A stretch of 64,000 bases of DNA from Harriotta raleighana (Eukaryota), in assembly GCA_050575255.1 (NCBI GenBank), contig JBNZDD010013604.1, forward strand, positions 910,641 through 974,640, read 5' to 3'. This document shows, in pieces, positions 1 to 11,049 of this stretch; within the stretch, counting starts at the first letter, position 1; each line of letters starts with the position of its first letter. The notes under the pieces were generated by a model. The model made no database searches. It saw only the letters and a list, made by a program, of their open reading frames with translations, and was not told the DNA's origin. Both the position numbers and the translations under genes were made by a program.

Positions 1-636
1 GGGCAATCAGGAGGGCCTTGGTCTTGTTGATTTTCAACTGTAGAAAGTTAGCTCTCATTCAGGACTTGATGTCTGACAGGCAGTCTGTCAGTCCAGCAGT
101 GGTCCTGGATTCGAGTGTGGAAACGGAGAGATACAGTTGGGTGTCACATGTGGAAATTGATCCAATATCTGCAAATGATGCCACATAGAGGTAGCATATA
201 GATGTTGAAAAGCAGAGGGCTAAGGATAGAGCCCTGAGGAACACAGCACAAGATGGTTGAGGGGCTAGAGGAGAAGCCTTTTGTAGAGCTGAAGTGGAGA
301 CGGTGTGAGAGTTAGGATCTGACCTATTCATGGACAGGAGCATAAAGGTTGAGGTGAGAGGAGAGGCGGTGGAGGAAGCTACAGTGGTCAGACCGTATTG
401 AAGGCAGCAGAGAGGTCAAGGAGGATGAAGACGCAGAGGGACAAAATGTAATTTGGCACTTTGACCAAAGCTGTTTCGGTGCTGTGGGCCGATTGGAGGG
501 GATTGTGAACAGAGTGGCAACCAGTTGTCCTTGGCCTCCAAGATTCTCTTGGAGTAGAAGGATGATTTAGCGGAGCCGAATGTCTTTAGAATAAATCCAG
601 TACAGGTCTCTTTCAGGCAATGGGGCAGGAAGACCA
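1..636 (-). mobile_element. L2-clade LINE ORF2 (RT) fragment, decayed
   Basis: Minus-strand translation across frameshifts gives AKSSFYS, HSTETALVKV, LILLDLSAAFNTV, FAD...DTQLYLS and DCLSDIKS*MRANFLQLKINKTKALLI. These are typical L2 RT motifs, interrupted by stops and deletions. Confidence 0.9.
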
Positions 637-739
637 AAAAGAGAAGGGCTTAAAATTTTAGTGATTTAGTAAAAGCTTCAAATAACTGGGACTGTAATGT
701 TAAGCATTTCATAAACAATATGATGTAGAGATTAATCTA

Positions 740-860
740 AGATCCAGATGCATAACAAGTCAGGCTTTTATAAATAGAAAATACAGTATCAGGTATAGTA
801 AGGTGCACAATCAAGAATTGTACACCTAAATGCTGAATATTCTGTACCTATTTGGAAACA
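740..860 (+). mobile_element. CR1 LINE RT fragment, highly decayed
   Basis: FINRK-like and EYSVPIW motifs resemble the CR1 pattern GFINR.IEY...LEYCVQFW. Confidence 0.4.
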
Positions 861-1387
861 GAAAGTTAATTTAGTTATGAATTTTCTCAGCAGGAGCACT
901 ATCCTACTTTGAAAAGTGATTCTTAGGCACCGTTGTGCATGAGTTTCTTTAAGATTCCTGCTGCAACCCCAAATTGATATGTATGAACAAAAAGTTTAAG
1001 GGCTGAAGTACATTCGCTATGCATAGTTTCATGTGTACAACTCTGCCAGAGATTCTATTTATCACCTTGAACCAGAACTAAGAACCTTGTAAAGTTTTTT
1101 TTTGCTATTTTTGTTGGGTGGGAATAGGAAATTGGGCACACCTGTCACCAAACTACAACGACTCACTGCCTATGTACTGCACTATACTACATCCTGTATC
1201 GTTACTATTTAGCAGGGAACAACCCTCCTGACATAGTCAGGGGTCATTTCACTATAGCAATAGCTATGATATGGGCCAACTTCAAACAGGTGGTTTTTCG
1301 GAATCCAAGGCAGTCTTTTGGAGAAATCCACACACTTCAATGAGCTTTATTACTTGGCTTTGACTTTTAATTAGGATGCTCAGTACA

Positions 1388-1492
1388 GCAGAGTTGTGCT
1401 TTCCCCTGTAGTTAGATCCCAGCTTTAGGAGGCTACATTGGGAGAGTGGCTTGAATCCCTACCGTGTATTGGAAGTAGAACCCTGAGGTCTC
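1388..1492 (+). pseudogene. 7SL RNA (Alu-domain)-like segment: 7SL pseudogene fragment or head of a 7SL-derived SINE
   Basis: Ordered blocks CCTGTAGT..CCCAGCT..GGAGGCT-N4-TGGGAG-N4-GCTTGA match the 5' end of vertebrate 7SL (CCTGTAGTCCCAGCTACTCGGGAGGCTGAGGTGGGAGGATCGCTTGAG, recalled). Confidence 0.5.
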
Positions 1493-2011
1493 ATTGCTTA
1501 ACCTTATGTTACTTTCTCTCCTCTGGTCAAAAGAGCAGATGGCAACCATTTGTGGAGCACTCTTGTATGAAGTGGTAATAAAACATCATATGGGTTCTGG
1601 ACAAAAAGTTCCCGGACAGGCATTATGGCATTGCACACTTGGATTGTATCTCGTGCTATTTGTGGAAGATAACAATCCAAAGAATAAGAACCAAGAGGGA
1701 ATAAAACATAGTTTCTAATTCAACAAAAACTGTTGGAAGAACTGGGTTAGCACACTTCTGGGAGTTTGTATCTAGACCAGTTGTAGAGATTGTAAATCTC
1801 TTCTGTACTAAGCATATGTTTCTTACATTAAGTAAGTTTAGTTTGCCACAATGCCTCCCCTCCTTCCCCCCACTTTCTACAAGATGACGATAAATTTTAA
1901 AATGATGTAGAATATATGGTTTCTATTTATACAAAAGAATGATATATTTTGATATTAGGATTAATGTAATATAATTCCTAATGCTATTAAAACATCTCAG
2001 AGTGATGATTT

Positions 2012-2492
2012 CTTATAATACTTTTTTTTTGATATAGCACTTTTCATGTCAGATGGATGCCTCAAAGCACTTTACAGGATAAACCGGAAAGTGGAGTGAC
2101 TATTTCAAATACAGTACACAGTCAATTCACTTTACAATATATACTGTGAAGAGCTTTGAGACATCTAGAAGACGTTAAAAGCGCTATATCAAAAGCAAGG
2201 ATTCTTATTATTATTTTCTAGGCGAATTGCGGCAGCTAATTTGTGCACTATCCCACAAATAACTGTTAAGTTTTATTTCAATTTTATTTGGGGGAATGTT
2301 GGCCTGGAGATTTTTATATATGCAATAGTATCTTTAACGTCTACCTGAACAGGTAGATAAACCTTGGTTTAACACCTCAATCGAAGGACAGCATGTCCAA
2401 CAAGGACTCTCCCCATCCCCAAACATGGGGTTTTAACACTCAAACCATCTGATTCAGACATGACATTGCTACCAACTGAGCCAGGCTGGCAC
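2012..2492 (-). mobile_element. Deu-domain SINE (SacSINE1/AmnSINE-like), interrupted by another SINE fragment
   Basis: Reverse complement shows a tRNA-like head (TGGCTCAGTTGGTAGC), a Deu core (TGTCCTTCGATTGAGGTGTTAAACCAAGG..TTCAGGTAGACGTTAAAGAT) and an L2-type tail. Confidence 0.8.
2115..2215 (+). mobile_element. tRNA-SINE 3' fragment inserted into the Deu-SINE in opposite orientation
   Basis: ACAGTCAATTCACTTTACA..GTGAAGAGCTTTGAGACATCTAGAAGACGTTAAAAGCGCTATATCAAA..ATTATT matches the 3' end of the full copies elsewhere in the window. Confidence 0.85.
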
Positions 2493-3321
2493 AATATTTC
2501 TTCAAGTGGGAGTCAATGACAAATTGATACATGCGTGTGTGTTGCATCTGTGTTGAGACTGCTGTCCACTGCTTGTTCAGATGACATGTTAAGAGAGCAC
2601 CCCCGAAATAACATACTTCCAGCTTGTCAGATTGACTTTGTATTCTGGGCATCAAAAGAGTACTTCCAGTAACAAGTCCAATACAGGGCATTAGCAGTAA
2701 ATGTATACCCACACTCCAGTTAAGGCGATAATAGGGTTGTAGTATGGTGTTTCAAGGCATGAAAGCACCTATTAGGTGTCCTGGAAACATTATTATTCTA
2801 GACAAATCAGGCATTTTTTAAAAGTAAAAGACAATGGTGCAGTCAAATTTAAATCTAAATTGTTAGTATAGGAGGTTAAAATACTGTCAAGCCTTTAAAA
2901 ATTAAATATTCCTCCATAAAACCCAACAGGACAGCATTTAGAGAAAATGTTTGTGCTTTACTGTAATTAGTTGTTCTGTGCATAATATTACATATGTCTT
3001 GCTATGATACTGTGATGAAAGAGTCTTGAACCTTGTTATAAATTGATCAAAATCCTTGTATTTATTAATGAAGTAGTGCTGAATAACAAATAATTGCAGC
3101 ATAGAGCATTGAAGAGTTGAATTAGGCAGGAACCCAGATGGTAAAATATATTTGTTAAATTGTATATTGATTAATTATATTAATCCTATCATTGAATTTG
3201 TAAAGTAATATCTCAGAATATGAAATGGCAACATGACCAATATCCAGCTTTAATTTATACTTTACTGTACTTATGCTTCCACTTAACATTAAGTTGCTAG
3301 ATTATCAAGCTCAGTAATAAA

Positions 3322-3760
3322 TCATAGATTTATACAAACTATAGATCCATCGAGGCCCAAAATTATGCAATCTCATCTATTGGAGCCAACTATTTTATTC
3401 CCAGTTCCTTTCTCTTTCTCCTTTCTCTTGATCATCAGATTTTCCCCTTGCTTGCTTTTTTATATTCTTGCTCATCATATGTTTTTCCAAACACTTAAAT
3501 GAAATGTTTCCAGCCTCATTTACCATTTGCGGCAAAGCATTCTACATTCTAATTATACTCTGTGCGAAAAACTTTCTTCCAGTTTCCAACAAACTCTTAT
3601 AGTAACAATCCTGAACTTCTGCTCCTTGTGAATGATTTACCATGGAGTCAGATTAATCTTCCACTCCATCATTCTCTCAAAATCTATCTGTTTTAGATCC
3701 CCTCCTAAACCTCTCTGTTCAGAATGGAAACTGAACTGTTTGGGGGACCTTAAACTCATA
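3322..3760 (-). mobile_element. CR1 LINE 3' end, decayed
   Basis: Antisense CR1 C-terminal and UTR pattern (GGCAAAGCATTCTACATTCTAATTATACTCTGTGCGAAAAACTTTCTT; AGATCCCCTCCTAAACCTCTCTGTTC). Confidence 0.7.
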
Positions 3761-3859
3761 TCTATATCATCCTGTGAACCAAGGTTACCAGCTAGTGAGA
3801 GAGGAAAATCAGCACTCAGCTCCTAATATAGTCAAGAACACTTGCCACAGAATAGGATT

Positions 3860-4030
3860 ATTAGAGTCTGCGGACATTGTCTGTGATTCATTCTCAAATG
3901 AAAGATATAGTTTAAGACTAGAAAGGGTAAAATTGAAAGCTGAAAACAAACGCAAAGTTTATAACAAATGTTTGGGAGTGTTAAATGGTTATCTAACTGA
4001 GAAAATGGTTTGTTAAAATATTAATGGATA
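3860..4030 (+). mobile_element. CR1 LINE C-terminal fragment
   Basis: RYSLRLERVKLK..KRKV.NKCLGVLNGYLTEKMV resembles the CR1 ORF2 C-terminus. Confidence 0.4.
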
Positions 4031-6544
4031 CTTTATTGTAAACATTATTTCCATAAGGAATAATTTTTATTATGTTTCAATAAATATACATATAAATTAA
4101 AAAAATTCTTACCATATAGATAATGGAATATTGCAGAGTTATAAAAGTATTTCAGTATCGCCAGTGCTGAATATGAAAATATCTAAGGTTCGATAATGCT
4201 TTGAAAGTTACATAAATTGCTTCAATGTCAGTGTTTTGCTTAAAATAGTTCATATAAAAACCTGGCAATTTGTAGTGTATAATGTTTCATTCTAAAAAAA
4301 AATCTATAATTTTAATTATAGTCCATACAATTCCTTCTACATTTGTAAGTTTTTTTAAAAAACAAACTTGTATTCAAAAGCTATTTGAATTCTGTTATTG
4401 CTGCACAAAAACATTCAAGTCAATGAGAACACTCATGGTCCACTTGATCAATATTTTTAATAAATTTGTGGAGTGAAGCTGCACAGTTTGGGCTAATAGA
4501 TCACACATATATTGATTTCCATGAAAATGTTGGTAAGATATTCTAATAATTTAAAAAAAACTCAGCATTGGTTTTAGACTCGGGAGGGGGGGGTTAAAAA
4601 ATTGGTTATTGACTGAATTGCTGGGGGTGAGTGAACCTTGGGGGCTTTGCAATAAACTTGTTACACTTAGTCATTATAAAATAATGCCTTAGTCCATGCA
4701 ACCCATGGTCTTGTCAATAACCTATTAAAACAATGCAAATTTTGACCCAAAAGAATATCTATGGCAAATTCAACAAATGCATTATCACAGCTAAGCAAAG
4801 AAGGTGTACAGAAATGATTCTGAATTGTAATCCTGTATCCTGAATGCTGAGGTAATGTGTGGAAGTACGCTGAATAAGCATCAGATCAGGATGCAGTTTC
4901 ATGGGATCTTTAAGTCAAGCAGCATTCAGAGGAATAAAAATCTAAAACCACAAACTATTGTATTTATTTGTCTTCTTCCTTAATAGACTGTAATATTTTA
5001 TACTGTTGGTTATCTATTTTATTTGCACACTGATAGATCTTTCTTATCCTCTAGCAGTGTGCTGATCTCGATTTCATCTTGGCTCCAAATCACTTTTTAT
5101 TTCATTCTTCACTCTGTCTAGCTCTTTATCATTTACTTATATTCTACTTTCTCATTTCCAGCTACATCCTGCTCTATTCTAATCACAATTCATATCTTGC
5201 CTCTGACCTGTTCAATGATTCTTTTCTCAGCTCTGCTTTGCTTCTTTTGATTCCAGTTGTTCTGTTTGTGTAGGTGTTTTCTTCTCTCCTTTTCTGTCAC
5301 CTGCTTTTTGTTTTGCTTCCTGAGTATTCACTTCTTTCCTCTCACAATTAAGCCATATTTCCTACTCCGTGTCTCAATTTTTCCCTCCCCATGCCTTTTT
5401 TTTCCCACTGAGCCTTTACTTTTTTGTTTTTACATCACAAGGCTCTCTAGCTTTTCCTTCCCCGGACCTGCTTTGGGATTTAATTCTAGATTGTGTTCTA
5501 CTCTCTTTCATCTGTTGTCTATTTCACTAAGAACTCTGGTCGTTCTGGTAGTAGTCATAATGTAATTGATTAATAACATGTGTATTCTACCCAGTCTTTG
5601 AGGATAGTCAGATTGACTACCTACCCCCAATTCATGGAAGCCCATTACTGCTGTTCAATTAAATACTTTTGAATTTGTGAATAAGAACCTATTTATTTTC
5701 CGCAGAAATTTTCAAAGTTTCCTTCTATGGATGAGTAGCATTGCCAATTTAGCTACTTAAAATGTGATTTTTCTGGGTGTGAATAAAGCTTCAAATAATC
5801 TGACAACTTTCAGACAGAAGTGTTATTTAGATTGAAACAATTATCTATTTGTGGATAGAGGGTACTGGTTTTTGACATACATTTACAATTTTAGAGATGT
5901 GGCATTAAAGTACTCATTGCGGGCGAGCTGGGGGTGGGGGGGGAGTGTTTAGATTCACTAAAACACACCACCTTTAGTTTCCTATTATTTAAGTCACCTG
6001 CATATATGTCATTTAGAGCTGGCTGTAATAAAATGGACTTGTCTAAGCAGTACGAAGGCAGCAACAACAGAATTTTTCCAATTGTACCAGCCATCATTCA
6101 TCCAGAGAAAGAACGGGAGGTTAAAGGAAAATCTGATTGCTGCACATTGCAGTCAAAAAAATCTCTAATGCTAAGGTGAAAATTGTTACATTAGGCTAGC
6201 TGATTTAAAGTATAAATCTACACCCATTTTGGGTAGGCTAGGTGAATAGCCTGCTCCAGATAATTAATTCAATTTGGATAGCATTTTAGTTTGAGTGCCA
6301 TTAGATTATTTGAAGCATTGCCAGGAAGTATCCTGGTGTCTTTTCATCCGTGCTTTCATCCACCTTTTCTCAGTCCCCCTTACCTCCACCCCCTTCAGCT
6401 GTGTGAATCATTCCGAGATATTTGAAAATGTATGTAAAATGGCAGGACTGAATCTCTTACAAACAGTTAGCACAAGTAGGAAAAAAGATTCAACATTTAT
6501 ATGATATATTTAACTTTGGCAATCAATATTTGAAGCATTTTGAA

Positions 6545-6680
6545 CTTTAGAGGGAGAGGAGACTCATAGCCAAACCTGATCCGAACCTCACCTAATGCCT
6601 CACAGCCCACCTCCAGTAGGGGTCATTGGATAACAATTAGGAGGAGGAACCTTACCTTAATTATTTCATTCCCTACATAA
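6545..6680 (-). repeat. Unclassified interspersed repeat fragment (SINE-body-like)
   Basis: Reverse complement GGTTCCTCCTCCTAATTGTTATCCAATGACCCCTACTGGAGG..GGATCAGGTTTGGCTATG resembles a shark SINE body as I recall it. A weakly similar TGGATAAC..GGAGG motif occurs at about 42850. Confidence 0.3.
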
Positions 6681-7269
6681 AGTTTTTGGTTTAATTTTGA
6701 GAAGGGAATGAAAGAGGAAGAAGTTGTAGAATATGCAACCATATTTGTGCATCTTGTTAGCCCGACACTGAACACGTTGACAGGCCAGCCACGTCGTTCA
6801 TTGTTCAGACCACATCACGTCTGGGCTAAAATATGATTGTCAGGGATAACAGTGGCCAGACCTGCCAAAGAGGAAGAATTCATAAGAGCCCTCAAATTTG
6901 GCAATATAGCAGATATACAATAATAAATAAGTTATTTTTCATTTTTAATGATTGCTGTATTAGAAATGAATATGCACTTTCAAATCTATGAAAAAAAACC
7001 TGATCTCTATTTGTGAAAATATTGATATCTAAATTTATAGATAAATCAGTTGATTTGTTGATATTGTACAAATGTAATACACAAGATAAAATAAATTAGC
7101 TATATCGAGTAGATAGTTTTCCATAAAACTAATACACTATATATTGATTGTAAATAATGATAATAATTCAATTGGGTTGACATTGTGGTGTTCTGATGTC
7201 TTAAATGTCTATGTCGCATTGTTTTTTCCTATGAAGTGTAGTGACTTTATTTGCTGGCAAACTTGTAAG

Positions 7270-7465
7270 CTGAAGCAAACAGCCAACAATGACTAACAAC
7301 CAATTTTATCTGAGGGATTGTTTGCCAGGACACAGGGAAAACATTTTATTTTTCCCTTCCCTTTTTGAATAGTGTAACAGATGTTTCACATCCACCTGAA
7401 CAGACAATTTTAATGTCTCAATACAAAGGACTTTTTTTGCACTGGAATGACAGCTAAGACTATAA
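7270..7465 (-). mobile_element. Deu-domain SINE fragment
   Basis: GCCAGGACACAGGG..GAATAGTG..ACATCCACCTGAACAGAC..TTTAATGTCTCA is the antisense Deu core, homologous to 2290-2400 and 51270-51400. Confidence 0.65.
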
Positions 7466-9304
7466 TAATTAGAATGCTAACAATAATAATAATTCAGTAA
7501 AAAGTATTTCATTTTTCAATAAGTGGAAAACTTCTGTATTTCCAATGGGAGAAGACAACATAATTCCTCCCCTGTTCCATTAAGTCCAGTGTCATTATCT
7601 AGTCAGCAGGTGTAATGACTGCAGTTAGTGAGAAAAAAGAAGAGTTGGTGGTAGAAAAAAACAAAAAAAGTTCAATAAATGTCTTCTGTTTACATTTGGA
7701 TTGTCGAGACAATTTGTATCTTGTCTACAAGGTGCCTAACTTACAAGTGACAGTGGATGGTGAATATGGTGAAGTGTTTGTTGGAACTGACACCTCTCAC
7801 CTATAGAAGCACAAAACCCTGTTCACTTTCACTCAAAAAGAATGTTTTTAAAAAAAGATGTGGAGGAGATATAATGTCTTTGACACCAACTTGTCTTACT
7901 TCAGTTTTGTGTAGTTTGGAACCACTGGTTTTGTATACATTCTAACTTCTACAATGCACCTGTTGTTTAAGGCTGTGCACCAAAGAACAAGTTGTAAAAG
8001 AAAAAAAACTTTTTGGCAGATTTTAAAGCATTTGGAGGATTATAAAATTTAAAGGATTTATTTAAGACGGAAGATAATGATTCATAAAATGTTTGCTGAG
8101 ATTGATAGGAGGCTCTGAGAGTGTAATTTCATTGCTTCCTCTTGTACAGTAAGATTAAAATATAAATAAAAAGATAACACAAATAAATTGTGATTCTAAC
8201 TGTCTTCCTCACAAAATGTCACTCATTCTGTCTTTCTCACAAGATGTCACACTCATTCTGTACATTTGTATGGTAAAATAGTATTTTATTGTAATCTTTC
8301 CCTTATCATTAACTTGGTGCTTATTACTGGTGTAGCAGCCAAAGTGTAAACAGAATTGACGCAGCCTATAGCAAAACAGGTTTGATTTGCTAAGCTCACA
8401 GCATTCTAAAGTACACAAATTTGTTCCACCAAGCTTTTCGACGGTTTGCAGATGGGCAATGATTAATCAGAAAGCTAACTGTGAAGTAGTTTGCTATTAA
8501 AGTGGAAAGCTCTGGAGCATACTAATTGAATCAGAAAATTAGAGACACTGAGCAGTAATTGCCTATTTTTCATGCAGCAGGTGCCAAGCTGCTCATCTGT
8601 AGAACTAGGTATTTAGGTACATTAGTAATAGGAAAAAGAAAAAAAGAAAAGTTCTGAGATCTAAAGCATTTATTACTTAAAAATATAAAATAAACAGGCT
8701 TATTAAGAATTCTATCTTTGCCTTTAAAATATTGCAATACTTCTAACATTCTGATGGTAAGAGCTTGTAGAAAATGTAAGTGGAAAGAATAAGTCTTTTT
8801 TTCGGATGTAGAATGTTCTCCTGTTTTTAAGAATTTACAAAAGATGATCTTCGAATGAAGTGTTCTTATCAGATGTTGTACTGAGATATTTATCTGATAA
8901 AATATATATAGTGTCAGAAATATTTTAAATTGAATTTTTTTTGTTTTCTTTGTTGCTGGGAAGGTTAATTTTTGGGGGGCAATAAATAATACTGCCAGAA
9001 TTACTTTAGCCTTAATTTAATCACATATTGTATGAATTGACAGAAATACATTTCTTCCCTTCCATCTTTTCTAAACTGTAATACCAATTACACAACATTG
9101 TTTTATCTCTCTTTACAAGAGTCTTAACAATTATCTGTGAATTGCATACATTGGGAAAAACAGTTCCACCTGGAGGAAGACAAGCAAAGACTTTAGCTTG
9201 ATATGTTGAAAGTGCTTATATTGCATTTATATTGCTCAGAAATGAAATACTTCATAACCTTCATAGTTTACTCTATATTTTCACCTGGAAAATATGCCAT
9301 CTAT

Positions 9305-9375
9305 CCTGTGAAGCAATTTGAGATGCCTCAATTATGTGGTAGGACTCTATATCAAATGCAAGGATTATTATTAAT
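9305..9375 (+). mobile_element. SINE 3' tail fragment
   Basis: CTGTGAAGCAATTTGAGATG..CTATATCAAATGCAAGGATTATTATT. Confidence 0.7.
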
Positions 9376-10132
9376 AAGAATGATTATTTTTCTATTCAAA
9401 ATGAAATGTCTAAAAACTATTTGATAAAATCAACAATGAAATGTGCGTGATTGATTGCATCATTGACAATATTTCATGTATTTAATTTAAACCCTTGAAA
9501 ATTGAATATCTATTTCAGCATTAAAAATATCCACATTTTCTATCATATAACATTTGGAGGAAAACTAATTCTATAAATATTTACTGGTGTTGGATCTACA
9601 AAAAATAGAGAAATTAACATAATGCATTTATCTGTTCACTGATTTCTCATAATCCATGTTTTTATTTGTGGTTTTTTTGGTTGCTTTGCAAGTTTATTCA
9701 GCTCACAAAGGGTTGCAGCATGCTGCTGTGTAGCCTGCCTGCTGTAGGTAACAAATCAAAGCTGTACCTACAGCTGAATGAACATACCTGTGGCCTACCA
9801 TTCTGAGGACAAACTACAAAAGACAAGGAGGATAGATGGGTCTCATTTTTGTGGCACCAAAAAGAACATTAGGACATTAAGAGCTTGTTTTCTTTAGTTG
9901 ATAAGATGAATTTTGAACAGCTTCCAAAGTGGTCATATCTGTTAGTGTGCCTATGTCCTTAGGTGGTGATATAGTTCAGTATTAGAGTACATTACAGTTT
10001 GACAACAGAAGGAATTTTGTCTAATAAATAGACTAGCTGTTTTATTTTTAAAAATACATCCAATTTGGCATGTCAAACTCCTTAAATATAGTTATCACAT
10101 AGAAAAGCAGCTTGATTGCTATCACAGAAAGA

Positions 10133-10260
10133 AATAAAGAATAATAGATGATGGCAATGTGGTATTGATTTTTTACTTCATGAGTGAGTAATATAGGTTT
10201 TACTCATGAGTGAAGTAAAAATCAATGTAACACTTGCTATCATCCATAGTTCTATTTATT
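10133..10260. repeat. ~128 bp imperfect palindrome (long hairpin)
   Basis: Left arm AATAAAGAATAATAGATGATGGCAATGTGGTATTGATTTTTTACTTCA..TGAGTAA pairs with right arm TTACTCA..TGAAGTAAAAATCAATGTAACACTTGCTATCATCCATAGTTCTATTTATT around a ~7 nt loop. Confidence 0.9.
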
Positions 10261-10788
10261 AAATATGTGATAAATTGTAAATTCGCAAACCTTTTATTTT
10301 ATTTCCGAATTGGCAAACAAGCACTGTGAAATTATAATGCTGCTGAAATGAAAATACTGAAGATGTCTACTTCCATTTATTTCTGTTGGTATATAATATC
10401 ACACTGGTAGCATGCTTGCTGTAACTTCTTAATACCAATGTGAATGATCAATTGCTCAAAACCCCACAGGCTTGTTGAATTATGTTAAACAAATTGCATG
10501 AATAAAAGAATATTAGCAAAAGATAGTTGTGTCATTCTATATACCTGTATTTTGTGCTATTAGCTTTTAAACCCATTTTGAATGTTTTGTTTATCGGGAC
10601 TTTAATACTTCAGTACAATGAAATAGTTTTAATTCCAATCCAGGTGATCTAAAGTATAATGTTCTAGACAGTGAAATAAACTTGTCAAACTGCGCAGTAC
10701 TGTACATTAAAATATAGACAAGGCATAGAATTTCCTTGGAAACAACCACAAATTATTTGCAGTTGCAATAATGGCAGTCTTGAGGTTC

Positions 10789-11049
10789 CAACAACAAAAT
10801 TACACTTGTAAAGCGCCTTTCACATCAGGAAGACGTCCCAAGGCGCTGGACAGTCATTGTTTCAGACCCAAGTTGTTGACAGAAATGGGGAGAGAGGAGG
10901 GAAAACAAGGGATTTGGGATGACTGATGGAGAAGAGGTTTTTGAGGAGGTGCTTGAAGGAGGCTAGGGTGGAGGAACTGTAGGATGGAATTCCAGAGGTT
11001 AGGGGCCGAGTGGCTGAAAGCTTGTCTACCAATGATGGGGCAGGTGACC
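10789..11049 (-). mobile_element. L2 LINE 3' end
   Basis: GRQAFSHSAPNLWNSI ORF2 C-terminus, stem-loop tail and (TTG)n terminal repeat. Confidence 0.9.

Noticed and set aside
4054-4691. Possible DNA element bounded by TAAGG..ATTTT inverted ends
   Set aside because: The putative inverted repeats are short, AT-rich and mismatched, so they cannot be told from chance.
5030-5565. Hydrophobic ORFs 5079-5273 and 5257-5565 as membrane proteins
   Set aside because: An artefact of a T/C-rich low-complexity tract, with no ATG start or splice support.
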